IMG/VR virus record: IMGVR_UViG_3300045988_165974
Span: 74,244 to 138,243 of that record
Length of the DNA stretch: 64,000 nucleotides
Source of the DNA: a virus
Strand: one strand, 5' to 3'
In this document: positions 27,014 to 36,226 of the stretch, in pieces
Layout: each line of letters begins with the position of its first letter
How positions within the stretch are numbered: the first letter of the stretch is position 1
Position numbers and translations under genes: made by a program
Notes under the pieces: model-generated
The model's input: only the letters and a program-made list of their open reading frames with translations
The model's database searches: none
What the model was told of the DNA's origin: nothing

Positions 27014-27604
27014 ATGGAAAGAAAAATTAAATCAAGAAAGATACCAGAGGTTCTTACTGATTATGAACAAAGACAATTAATTAATGTTTTTAATACAAGA
27101 TATTTTTATCCGTACAGAAATCAAACTATGATTGAATTATTTTTATGTACTGGATTAAGACTTTCAGAAATGACACATTTAAAATGGAAAGATATAAATT
27201 TAATGACTGGGCAGCTTAAAGTTGTTCAAGGTAAGAATTCAAAAGATAGAATATTGTGGATTAGTGAAAATATGTTAAACAAACTTCAAATTTGGAAATC
27301 AAAAGAATTCGAAAGATTTGGAAAGTGTGAATTGGTTTTCTGTACTAGTAATCATAATCCAATAGATAGCAAGACTATGGATACTATGATAAAAACTTAT
27401 TCAAAAAAAGCAGGAATAACTAAACATATTTCATGTCACACACTTAGACATACTTTTGCTACAGACTTACTTAAAGCGACTAAAAATATACGATTAGTTC
27501 AAAAAGCATTGGGGCATTCAGATATATCAATTACTATGATTTATACTCATATTGTAGATGACGAATTGGAAGATGCTTTAAAAAACTTTAGAAGGGAGTT
27601 ATAA
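27014..27604 (+). CDS. Short tyrosine recombinase (Xer-like catalytic domain only)
   Basis: ...TGLRLSEMTHLKWKDINL..., ...HTLRHTFATDL..., ...LGHSDISITMIYTH... give the R...HxxR...H...Y set. At 196 aa it has no N-terminal core-binding domain. Confidence 0.8.
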   Translation: MERKIKSRKIPEVLTDYEQRQLINVFNTRYFYPYRNQTMIELFLCTGLRLSEMTHLKWKDINLMTGQLKVVQGKNSKDRILWISENMLNKLQIWKSKEFERFGKCELVFCTSNHNPIDSKTMDTMIKTYSKKAGITKHISCHTLRHTFATDLLKATKNIRLVQKALGHSDISITMIYTHIVDDELEDALKNFRREL

Positions 27605-27705
27605 ATTGTGATTGCAAAAGGTGATTTGAGAATAGAAAATCCTAAAGTATCAAGTAGATGTGGATTTATTGAGTTGCCAATAAGAGTAATTAAGGAGGAA
27701 TAAAT

Positions 27706-28113
27706 ATGGCAGAAGTAGATTATAAATTTCAACGTTGTGATAGAGATGAAAATGGCAATTTTAAATTAACAACTATTAAACCATTAGAAGATATCTTTAA
27801 AGATTTAGAAAATTACAATAAATATTTGGAAGATGTAATTGTTGATTTACGAAAAGAAGTAAAAAAATTAAAAAACTTTAATAAAGACGAAGAAATTGAA
27901 AAGCTTAAAAAAGAAATAGAAAATTTGGAAGAACAATCAGTTTATGTCTTAACTAAATCTCAAAAAGAAAAAATGGAAAAATTCAGACACGAACACTATA
28001 AAATGACAGGTCATAGTTATTATCAAATTGTATTAAGCCCCAACGAGATATTTACAAAGGTTGTAATACAATGTGATAAATGTGATGAAGAATTAGATTT
28101 GACTATATATTAA
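27706..28113 (+). CDS. Hypothetical coiled-coil protein
   Basis: 135-aa ORF with an AAGGAGG RBS. Confidence 0.6.
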   Translation: MAEVDYKFQRCDRDENGNFKLTTIKPLEDIFKDLENYNKYLEDVIVDLRKEVKKLKNFNKDEEIEKLKKEIENLEEQSVYVLTKSQKEKMEKFRHEHYKMTGHSYYQIVLSPNEIFTKVVIQCDKCDEELDLTIY

Positions 28114-28128
28114 GTGGAGAAAATATAA

Positions 28129-28197
28129 TGTATTTATTGTGTTTTTTGTTTGGAATAGTAATTGGAATGGCTATTTTAAGTATTTTAGAAAAATAGA
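28129..28197 (+). CDS. Possible 22-aa hydrophobic peptide
   Basis: MYLLCFLFGIVIGMAILSILEK follows a GTGGAGAAAA RBS-like sequence. It is below the ORF-track cutoff. Confidence 0.25.
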
Positions 28198-28212
28198 AAT
28201 TGAGGTGAGAAT

Positions 28213-28557
28213 ATGAATAGAACACAATTAAATGACAGATTTGATAAATATTGTGAACAAAAAGATTGTGAGAGAATCTGTACATTAGAAAACTATAGAG
28301 ATTGTTTTATTGGTTATTTATTAGATAATTATGATTTAAAATTAAAAGAAGAACCAAAAATTGACTGGACAAAAGTTCCAGTCGATGCTAAAATATTGGT
28401 AAGAGAATTTCATAATGATAGATGGCTTAAAAGACGATTTGCAAAATTCGAAAATGGAAAAGTATATGCTTTTCAACTTGGAATGGATTCTTGGACAACA
28501 GGAATTAAATCTCCGATAAGTTGGAATTTTGCAAAATTAGTTGACGAACCTAAATAA
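28213..28557 (+). CDS. Hypothetical protein, paralogous domain to the 21714..22373 C-terminus
   Basis: See the alignment under 21714..22373. A GAGGTGAG RBS precedes the start. Confidence 0.65.
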   Translation: MNRTQLNDRFDKYCEQKDCERICTLENYRDCFIGYLLDNYDLKLKEEPKIDWTKVPVDAKILVREFHNDRWLKRRFAKFENGKVYAFQLGMDSWTTGIKSPISWNFAKLVDEPK

Positions 28558-28594
28558 AAACATTATTAATAAAACATGAAGTGGAGTTGATAGA

Positions 28595-29389
28595 ATGGGA
28601 TTATTTAACAAATTATTTGGGAAACAAGAAAACAAAGAAGAAACTTTGAAAGTGGGAACACAAAATATAATGCCACAAGGTATTACAGATGTTGAATTCA
28701 AAATGCCAACTACTAGTGAGCAAATGAGAAAAATTAATCTTAGAAAAGAAACATTAAATAAAGTATGTTTAACTAAAACACCTTTAAATAATTTAACTGC
28801 TAGAGTTGTTGTAGCACTTGATTATTCTGGGTCAATGAGAAGTTTATATAGAAATGGGTCTGTTCAAGAAGTTCTTAATAGATTATTACCTTTAGGTTTA
28901 AAATTTGATGATAATGGAGAAGTTGAATTACATTTATTTTCAAATGATTCTTGGCAAATTCCTTCATTAAATATAAATAATTTTCATGATTATGTAAGAA
29001 GTAGTAAGATATTAAGAAAATATGAAATGGGAGGAACTAATTATGCTCCTGTCATGGAATCAATAATTAAAGAACATTCGTCACATAAAGACAAAGTACC
29101 AACTTTTGTTATTTTTATTACAGATGGAGATGCATGGGATAAATCTAAATCAGAAAAAGTTATTAAAGATGCATCAAAATTAGGAATCTTTTGGCAATTT
29201 GTTGGAATTGGATATGAAGATTTTGATTTCTTAGAAAAACTAGATGACATGACTGGAAGAGTTGTTGATAATGCAGATTTTTTAAATGTAAATAAAATAG
29301 CAAACCTATCTGATGAAGAACTATATGCTAAATTATTAGGAGAATTTCCAAACTGGATTCAAGCTGCTAAAAATAAAAACATAATTTAA
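28595..29389 (+). CDS. vWA domain protein of the TerF-C-terminal (vWA-TerF-like) type
   Basis: MIDAS-like ...VVVALDYSGSM... and ...FVIFITDGD..., with the tail ...FWQFVGIGYEDFDFLEKLDDM...VDNADF... Confidence 0.7.
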   Translation: MGLFNKLFGKQENKEETLKVGTQNIMPQGITDVEFKMPTTSEQMRKINLRKETLNKVCLTKTPLNNLTARVVVALDYSGSMRSLYRNGSVQEVLNRLLPLGLKFDDNGEVELHLFSNDSWQIPSLNINNFHDYVRSSKILRKYEMGGTNYAPVMESIIKEHSSHKDKVPTFVIFITDGDAWDKSKSEKVIKDASKLGIFWQFVGIGYEDFDFLEKLDDMTGRVVDNADFLNVNKIANLSDEELYAKLLGEFPNWIQAAKNKNII

Positions 29390-29395
29390 CAGACG

Positions 29396-29424
29396 GTGAG
29401 AGAGTAATTTACTCTCTCATTTTA
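29396..29424 (+). terminator. Intrinsic terminator
   Basis: TGAGAGAG (29397-29404) pairs with CTCTCTCA (29412-29419), followed by TTTT. Confidence 0.6.
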
Positions 29425-29442
29425 CTAGAAAGGAATAATTTC

Positions 29443-30672
29443 ATGAAAACATATGTTAATTATCATAAACACACATTTTATAGCAATATTATGACTCCTG
29501 ATTGTACTGTTTCTGTTGAACAATATTTAAATAGAATACAAGAACTTGGATATGGAGTTTATAGTACTGTAGAACATGGATATGGAGGAGAAAATTTCGA
29601 AACTTATCTTAAAGTAGAAAAGTTCAATAAAAAAAGAGAAAAAAAGGGACTTTCTCCAATAAAAATAATTTTTGGAATGGAATTATATTGGGTTCAGGAT
29701 AGACATAAAAAGGATAAATCAAACTGTCATATAGTTGTACTTGCAAGAAATAATAATGGAAGAAAAGCTCTAAATAAGATTATGAGCAGAGGAAATATAG
29801 ATGGGTACTACTATAAGCCTAGAGTGGATTTAGAACTCCTTATGAGCCTTCCTCCAGACGATATAATGATAACTACTGCCTGCATAGCTTTTAATAGATA
29901 TGAGGATATAGACGATATAATACTTATGCTAAATGATAGATTTCCACATTTTTATTTAGAAGTTCAAGCACATAATGTAGAAATTCAGAAAAAATGGAAT
30001 CAACATCTTTTAGATTTAAGCTATGAACATGACTTAAAAATAATTGCAGGAGTAGATAGTCATATGATATATGAATCTCAAGAAATAGAAAGAGATGAAT
30101 ATTTAAAAAGCAAAAATATGATATATGAAGAAGAAGACGGGTTTTACTTAGATTATCCAGATTATGAGACATTATATGATAGATTTAAGACCCAAGGAAT
30201 ATTATCTGATGAAGAAATAACTTTAGCTTTAGAAAATACAAATAAAATATTAGAATTTGAAGATATAAAATTAGATAAATCCATGAAATTACCTAATATA
30301 TATAAAACTTTAACTCAAGAAGAGAGAAATCAAAAACTTCACGATATTGTATTTGAAAACTGGAGAAAAGAAAAAAATAATGTTCCAAAAGATAAATGGT
30401 CTTATTATGAAAAACAAATTAATTATGAACTTTCTGAAATATTTGGATGCGGAATGGCAGATTATTTCTTGTTTAATGAAAAAACAATAGATTTAGGAAT
30501 AAACAAATATGGAGGAGTTTTAACACATAGCGGAAGGGGAAGTGCAGTTAGTTTTTATACAAATAAATTACTTGGATTTACAAATGTAGATAGAATCGCT
30601 TCAAAAATAACTATGTACCCTGAACGTTTTATGACTAAAGACAGAATACTAAAATCTCATACCCCACCTGAT
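29443..30672 (+). CDS. dnaE: DNA polymerase III alpha subunit (DnaE-type), exon 1 (PHP domain)
   Basis: The PHP motif reads ...VNYHKHTFYSN...STVEHGY... The exon ends ...KSHTPPD at a T (30672). Exon 2 continues IDFNV... and restores the PD-x-D-F polymerase motif. Confidence 0.75.
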
Positions 30673-31928
30673 TGGAAAATATTTATAAAATATGCTTATT
30701 AAAAAATATGAAAACTGATTATTATGTTTACGAATGGTACAATATTGAAACCAAAGAAGTTTTTTATGTTGGAAAAGGGAGAAAACATCGTTTTAAATGT
30801 GTTAGTGCTAAAAAAAAGAAGTAAAGAATTTATCAGTTATTATAATTCTCATAAATGTGACGTTAGAAAAATTAAAACAAATTTAACAGAAAAAGAAACT
30901 TATGAATTAGAAATTAAAATTATACAATATTATTTAGAAAATACTTCATATCCTCTTACAAATAAAACTAAAGGAGGAGATGGAGGCAGAGGAGAATTAA
31001 TAACAAATGAATTTAGGACTAAAATGAGCAAAATTGTAAGAGGAGAAAATAATCCAAATTACGGTCACTATTGGACAGAAGAACAAAGAGAAAAGTTAAG
31101 AGAAAAAATGATTGATAGATACAATGGAGAAAATAACCCTAATTACGGAAACCGTTGGAATAACCAACAAAGGGAAAGAATGAGTATTCAAAGAAAAAAT
31201 AATCCAAAATATTCAAATGGAAATCACGGAAGAGCTAAAAGGGTTATCGTGTTAGAAACTGGCGAAAAATTTGATTGTGTGAAATTAGCAAAAGCAAAAA
31301 GAGATGAATTAAATAAATCTTCTTTAGAATATAATATTGTAGAATTAACAGAAGAAAATGAAAAATATTTAGACGATGAAATAAATAGAATCAAAGAGAT
31401 AAAGAAAATTTTAAAATTAAAAACAAAGCTGTTTTTCTTTATAAGAGATGATAATAAAATAATATATTCACTCAAATCTCTAATGGAAGAAACAGGATTT
31501 GGAAAGAAAAAAATAAAATCCATGATAGAAAAAGAAGGAAGTGTAAAAACAAATAAGCATATTTATTATAAAATATAACAGTCGTCTTATAAGGAAACTT
31601 ATAGGATTACCATATCGCAAATTGTCTGGAACAAAGACTCTATATTTAACCTTTATAGAGTCACCCTAAAGCCTCATTTACTACAACATAAGAATGAAAT
31701 AAATCTAAGTGTGAATGTTGCGAAAGCAGAAAAAAATAATGAGGATGCCATAAGCTGAGATAAAAGCATACATAGGGTTATTGTATGTGCTAAGTGGTGT
31801 AAGAATGGGAAATCAGCAGCCGTGCCTCGAATAGAGGAGGGTTCAACGACTAAGCTCGATACACCTGTAAAATGGTGAAGATATAGTCTACTCCCCTAAG
31901 AAATATCGGGAAACCGAGGGTATTAAGG
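30673..31928 (+). mobile_element. Group I self-splicing intron carrying a homing endonuclease ORF
   Basis: Conserved core elements appear in order: P-like AAATTGTCTGGAA (about 31619-31631), Q-like AAATCAGCAGCC (31810-31821), R GTTCAACGACTA (31841-31852) and S AAGATATAGTCTA (31878-31890). P7 pairs GACTA with TAGTC. The 5' exon ends in T and the intron ends in G (31928). Confidence 0.75.
30708..31578 (+). pseudogene. GIY-YIG homing endonuclease with NUMOD3-like repeats, frameshifted in an A8 run
   Basis: Frame 0 reads MKTDYYVYEWYNIETKEVFYVGKGRKHRF...SAKKKK*. The +1 frame continues KKRSKEFISYYN...ETYELEIKIIQYY...LTNKTKGGDG, then GENNPNYG repeats. The frames join if A8 (30810-30817) were A7. Confidence 0.75.
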
Positions 31929-33971
31929 ATAGATTTTAATGTAAGTGACAGAGAGCCATTCCTAAAGGCTCAAAAGGAATTATTAGGAGAAACTTGTTGT
32001 TATGATTTATTAGCTTTTGGTACATTAAAACTTAAAGCTGCTTGGAAAATGTATGCTAGAGCTTGTGACATAAATCCAACTAAAGCTAATGAAATATCTC
32101 AACAAATAACTGCATATGAAACTAGATTAAAATATGCAAAAAGAGATGAAAATGGAGAACTTTTAGACGAAATAAATGTAGAAGATTTCGTAGAATCTAA
32201 ATATCTTCCATTAATTGACGAATGCAAAAAATATTTAGGAATAATAGATAATGGGAAAGCACATCCGTGTGGCTGTCTAGTCGGCTCATTTGATATAGAA
32301 GAAGAAGTTGGAGTTATCTTATGTAAATCAGAAACCACAAAAAAACAAGTTTTGACTGCTTGTATTCAAAGTGGAGTAATAGATTACTTTTCCTTCTTAA
32401 AAAATGATTTCCTAATCGTTTCGGTAGTAAAAACAACAAATGAAATTTACAATCGTTTAGGAATAAAACAATACTCCGAAAAAGAATTACTTGAATTAGT
32501 TGAAAATAATCAAAAGGTTTGGGATATATATAAGAATGGACTAACATTATGTATTAATCAAATAGAAAAACCAGGAACTCGTAAAAAAGTTATGAAGTAT
32601 AAGCCTAAAAATATAGTTGAACTAACTGCTTTTATTGCTGCAATAAGACCTTCATTTAAATCTTTAGTAAAACAATTTTTATCTAGGGAAGATTTTCATT
32701 ATGATGTAAAAGAATTTGATGAATTATTGCAAACAGAAGAAATGCCATATTCTTATATATTTTATCAAGAACAACTAATGAAAATATTAGGATTTGCTAA
32801 CTTTGACATAAAAGAAACATATGACATAGTAAAATCAATTTCTAAGAAAAAAACATATTGTAAAGAATGTGGAAATACGGGAAATGACGGAATGAAAACC
32901 TGTCCCGTATGTGGAAGTACAAAAATTGCTGCATTGGTTGATAAATTTGAAGAACAATTCTTAGATGGATTTACTAATAAGATAAGTACTCATGATGTAG
33001 AAATAACAAAAAAAATTTGGAGGGTCTTATTAGATTTTGCTAAATATGGATTCAATGCCTCTCATGCTTATTGTATGGCTTTAGATAGTGTCGAACAGGC
33101 ATATCTTAAAGCTTATCATACGGGAGTATTCTATGAGGTCATGTTAAGCATCTATACAAAAAAAGGAGAAAAAGATAAAGTATCAGAACTAAAACAAGAA
33201 ATGAAAAACTTTGGCATCAAATTAGGTAAAATAGCTTTTGGAGAAAATAATTATGAGTTTAAATACATTCCTGAAAAGAATGAAATAACTCAAAATATAA
33301 CTTCTTTTAAAAATATAAATCAACAATGTGCGATAGAGTTATATAAACTTTCTCAAGCTAAACGCTATAATAATTTTTTAGAACTATTAAAAGATATAAA
33401 AGAAAAAACTTCAATCTCAAAAAGACAATTAGACCCACTTATAGATATGGGGTATTTTGCAGAATTTGGAAACACACAATATATTAGAAAATGTTATGAA
33501 GTATTTGAAATGTTTTATAAAAAAGTACAATTTAGTAATGCAAATCCATATTCTTATATTATTGAAAAATACGCTAATAAAAAAACTCCTAAGCAATACA
33601 GAGAAGTAGATACAGATAAAGTAATGTTAGATATCATGAGTAATTATGATAAAGCTGTGAGCGACATTGAAAAGGTTATATACGATTTTAAAAAATACAA
33701 TGAAACAAGTCACATAACAGAAAATAAATATTATGTCGTTATGGATTTAGATACAAAATATTCTCCAAAACTTACTTTGTATAATACTAAAAATAAAAAC
33801 AAACAGGTAGTAAAAATAAGTAAATCTTTGTTTAATAAAATACCATTATCAGAGTACGATGCAATTAAAATAAAAAAAGTAGTTCCAAAACCTAGAAAGA
33901 AAAAAATTGACGGAGAATGGACTAATTTATCTGTAACAGATTATTGGATAATAGACTATGAAAAAGTATAG
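31929..33971 (+). CDS. dnaE: DNA polymerase III alpha subunit, exon 2
   Basis: In frame from 31929 (IDFNVSDREPFLKAQKELLGE...). ...FAKYGFNASHAYCMALDSVEQAYLKAYH... matches the DnaE fingers motif FA-YGFNKSHA. The tracked ORF starts at an internal ATG (32049). Confidence 0.75.
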   Translation: MDFNVSDREPFLKAQKELLGETCCYDLLAFGTLKLKAAWKMYARACDINPTKANEISQQITAYETRLKYAKRDENGELLDEINVEDFVESKYLPLIDECKKYLGIIDNGKAHPCGCLVGSFDIEEEVGVILCKSETTKKQVLTACIQSGVIDYFSFLKNDFLIVSVVKTTNEIYNRLGIKQYSEKELLELVENNQKVWDIYKNGLTLCINQIEKPGTRKKVMKYKPKNIVELTAFIAAIRPSFKSLVKQFLSREDFHYDVKEFDELLQTEEMPYSYIFYQEQLMKILGFANFDIKETYDIVKSISKKKTYCKECGNTGNDGMKTCPVCGSTKIAALVDKFEEQFLDGFTNKISTHDVEITKKIWRVLLDFAKYGFNASHAYCMALDSVEQAYLKAYHTGVFYEVMLSIYTKKGEKDKVSELKQEMKNFGIKLGKIAFGENNYEFKYIPEKNEITQNITSFKNINQQCAIELYKLSQAKRYNNFLELLKDIKEKTSISKRQLDPLIDMGYFAEFGNTQYIRKCYEVFEMFYKKVQFSNANPYSYIIEKYANKKTPKQYREVDTDKVMLDIMSNYDKAVSDIEKVIYDFKKYNETSHITENKYYVVMDLDTKYSPKLTLYNTKNKNKQVVKISKSLFNKIPLSEYDAIKIKKVVPKPRKKKIDGEWTNLSVTDYWIIDYEKV

Positions 33972-33980
33972 TTTTCTTAG

Positions 33981-34009
33981 TTGACATACCGAAATAAAAA
34001 TACTATAAT
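33981..34009 (+). promoter_or_regulatory. Sigma-A type promoter (conserved family)
   Basis: TTGACA (33981-33986), a 17-nt spacer, then TATAAT (34004-34009). Confidence 0.65.
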
Positions 34010-34132
34010 TAACTTATAAAATACATAAGCAAATAAATAATTAATATGCCACCTATTAATGCAGAATGTGTTTTAATTAGGGTAATATGTTTTATTTTTC
34101 TTGTGATTAGGTGGCATATGGAAAGGATGTAA

Positions 34133-34387
34133 ATGACAAAAGAAAAACCTATAAGAGTTCTTTTTGGAAATGAAAGTGGTAGAATCCTCGTAGATAAAGA
34201 CTACTTAGAAATTGAAAATGGATTATATAAAGTTTCTTCAAATGCAGAAGATGTAACAGGTGATGCAATATTTGCAGTCGCCAAATTCTTAGAACAAGGA
34301 AAATGGAAATTTGAATTTGAAGAAGACGGGAAAATCTATCAGTTGAAATTAAAGACAAAGAAAAAAATCAGAAAGAGAAATGATTAG
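34133..34387 (+). CDS. Hypothetical protein
   Basis: 84-aa ORF with a GGAAAGGATG RBS region. Confidence 0.55.
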   Translation: MTKEKPIRVLFGNESGRILVDKDYLEIENGLYKVSSNAEDVTGDAIFAVAKFLEQGKWKFEFEEDGKIYQLKLKTKKKIRKRND

Positions 34388-34389
34388 AC

Positions 34390-35847
34390 ATGAAAAAGAA
34401 AAACAATGATGTTATCATTGAGTTTTTAGGGACTAGTAGAGACGAAGTTACTGGCTCATGTGTGCTAGTTTCATATGTAAATTCAGATGACGAAAGGGAA
34501 AATATCCTAATCGAATGTGGAATGAATCAAGGGGGTCCTACTATATTATCTGACTATAATACAAATAAAAGAATGGTTGAGAAAGTTCCGTTTTCAAACA
34601 TTAAATATATATTTGTTAATCATGTCCATGTAGACCATATAGGAAACCTTCCTACTGCCTTCAACAGAGGATTTACAGGAGAGGTAATAACAACAGAAGA
34701 CAATAGAGAATTAATGATTCCCTTACTTAATGACACATATACAATACATTTAAAAAATGTAAAAAAAATAAATGAAAAAGGAAAGAATTTAGATTTACTC
34801 TTTAATAAAATAGATGTACATACTACTATTCATAAAACTAGAATCTTTGAAAAAAATATTATTCATAAATTAAACGAAACTCTTTCTTTTAGATTCTTGC
34901 CAAATAATCATTGCGTAGGAGCTTGTCAATTAGAATTGTTTATTAAGAAACCAAGTGGGAAAATTGCTAAAATATTTTATTCATCAGATTTAGGCTCTAA
35001 TTACAATTCTAAGCACTCTCCTTTCTTGGATGATATAGTATATTCAACTACTTCTGACATAGCTATATTCGAAGCGACATATGGCAATAAAGACAGAAAT
35101 TTTGCTAAGAAAAACGTAATCAACGAAAGAAAAGATTTAATTACACAAATAAAAAAATATACTAGTATGAATCATCGAGTTTTAATACCTTCTTTTTCAT
35201 TTAGTAGAAGTCAAATGCTTATGTCATTTTTATATGATAATTTAAAAGACGATAAAGATTTTGACAACATTTCAGTTATAGTCGATTCTAAACTATTAAA
35301 TGACATTAATGGAGTTTATAGCAAAATACTTAAAGGAGAAAATAAAGAATATTGGGAACAGGTTTTAAGTTGGAGCAATTTTCATTTTGTTAAGGAATTT
35401 AAAGATACCGAAACCATTATTAAGAAGAAAGATATCCCAATGGTGATAATTTCAAGCGCTGGAATGTGTAATGCAGGTCATGTAGTAAGTTATGCTAAAT
35501 CTATATTGCTAAATCCTAATGACTGCATGATATTTGTTGGTTATTGTGGCTTAAACACTTTAGGAAGTATGATTCAGAATAATAGACTAAATAGCGTTAC
35601 AATAAACAGAGAAATATACGAAAAAAAATGCGATATCATTTCTTACAAAACTTTTTCTTCTCATATACAACAAGCAGAACTTATTGATTATATGAAAAAA
35701 ATCAATACAGGAAAAATTTTATTACATCATGGTAGTACTAGTAGTAAAGAGGAACTTAAATTAGCAGCTAAAGAAGAATTGTTCAAGGCAAATAAAACAA
35801 CTCCTATTGAAATAGTAACAAATAAGAACAAGGAGTTTAGAGTTTAA
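34390..35847 (+). CDS. Metallo-beta-lactamase / beta-CASP family nuclease
   Basis: HxHxDH motif ...VNHVHVDHIGN... The 485-aa size and the late ...LLHHGS... histidine are typical of beta-CASP enzymes. Confidence 0.7.
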   Translation: MKKKNNDVIIEFLGTSRDEVTGSCVLVSYVNSDDERENILIECGMNQGGPTILSDYNTNKRMVEKVPFSNIKYIFVNHVHVDHIGNLPTAFNRGFTGEVITTEDNRELMIPLLNDTYTIHLKNVKKINEKGKNLDLLFNKIDVHTTIHKTRIFEKNIIHKLNETLSFRFLPNNHCVGACQLELFIKKPSGKIAKIFYSSDLGSNYNSKHSPFLDDIVYSTTSDIAIFEATYGNKDRNFAKKNVINERKDLITQIKKYTSMNHRVLIPSFSFSRSQMLMSFLYDNLKDDKDFDNISVIVDSKLLNDINGVYSKILKGENKEYWEQVLSWSNFHFVKEFKDTETIIKKKDIPMVIISSAGMCNAGHVVSYAKSILLNPNDCMIFVGYCGLNTLGSMIQNNRLNSVTINREIYEKKCDIISYKTFSSHIQQAELIDYMKKINTGKILLHHGSTSSKEELKLAAKEELFKANKTTPIEIVTNKNKEFRV

Positions 35848-36050
35848 TGTATGACTTAGAATTTTATGACATTTTAGAACAAAGAAACGACTTATTACGA
35901 GAAGTCGAAGAACTTAAAGATGAAATTCGTTTTCTTACAGAAGAAATAGAAGATTATCAGGAAGCTCTTGAACAACGGAATAACTTTAGAGACGAAATAC
36001 AAAAAGAAAAAAAGTTTAAATCTCTTTACGAAAAAATAAAAGATTTCTAA
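35847..36050 (+). CDS. Hypothetical acidic coiled-coil protein
   Basis: 67-aa ORF coupled to the upstream stop. Confidence 0.5.
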   Translation: MYDLEFYDILEQRNDLLREVEELKDEIRFLTEEIEDYQEALEQRNNFRDEIQKEKKFKSLYEKIKDF

Positions 36051-36059
36051 GGAGAAACT

Positions 36060-36218
36060 ATGGAAAGCAAAATAAAGACTTATATTGGAGAAGATATAAG
36101 ATTTAAAAATAAAAAAGTAACAATAAAATCAACTAGAGGAAATAAAAAATGTATATTTATTAATGATGAAATATATGGGAAAATTTATGCAACAGTTGAT
36201 AAAAAATATTTGAAATAG
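36060..36218 (+). CDS. Hypothetical 52-aa protein (not in the ORF track)
   Basis: The ATG follows a AAGGAGAAAC RBS. Reads MESKIKTYIGEDIRFKNKKVTIKSTRGNKKCIFINDEIYGKIYATVDKKYLK. Confidence 0.45.
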   Translation: MESKIKTYIGEDIRFKNKKVTIKSTRGNKKCIFINDEIYGKIYATVDKKYLK

Positions 36219-36226
36219 GAGAAGTT

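Noticed and set aside
27608-27703. 31-codon GTG-initiated ORF between the recombinase and 27706
   Set aside because: Non-ATG start, weak RBS, no motif. Not reportable as a gene.
30673-30702. C-terminal tail WKIFIKYAY* of the first dnaE ORF, and the ATG 32049 start of the second
   Set aside because: Both are artefacts of reading through or into the intron. The frame is open from 31887, and the exon junction 30672/31929 restores the polymerase motif.
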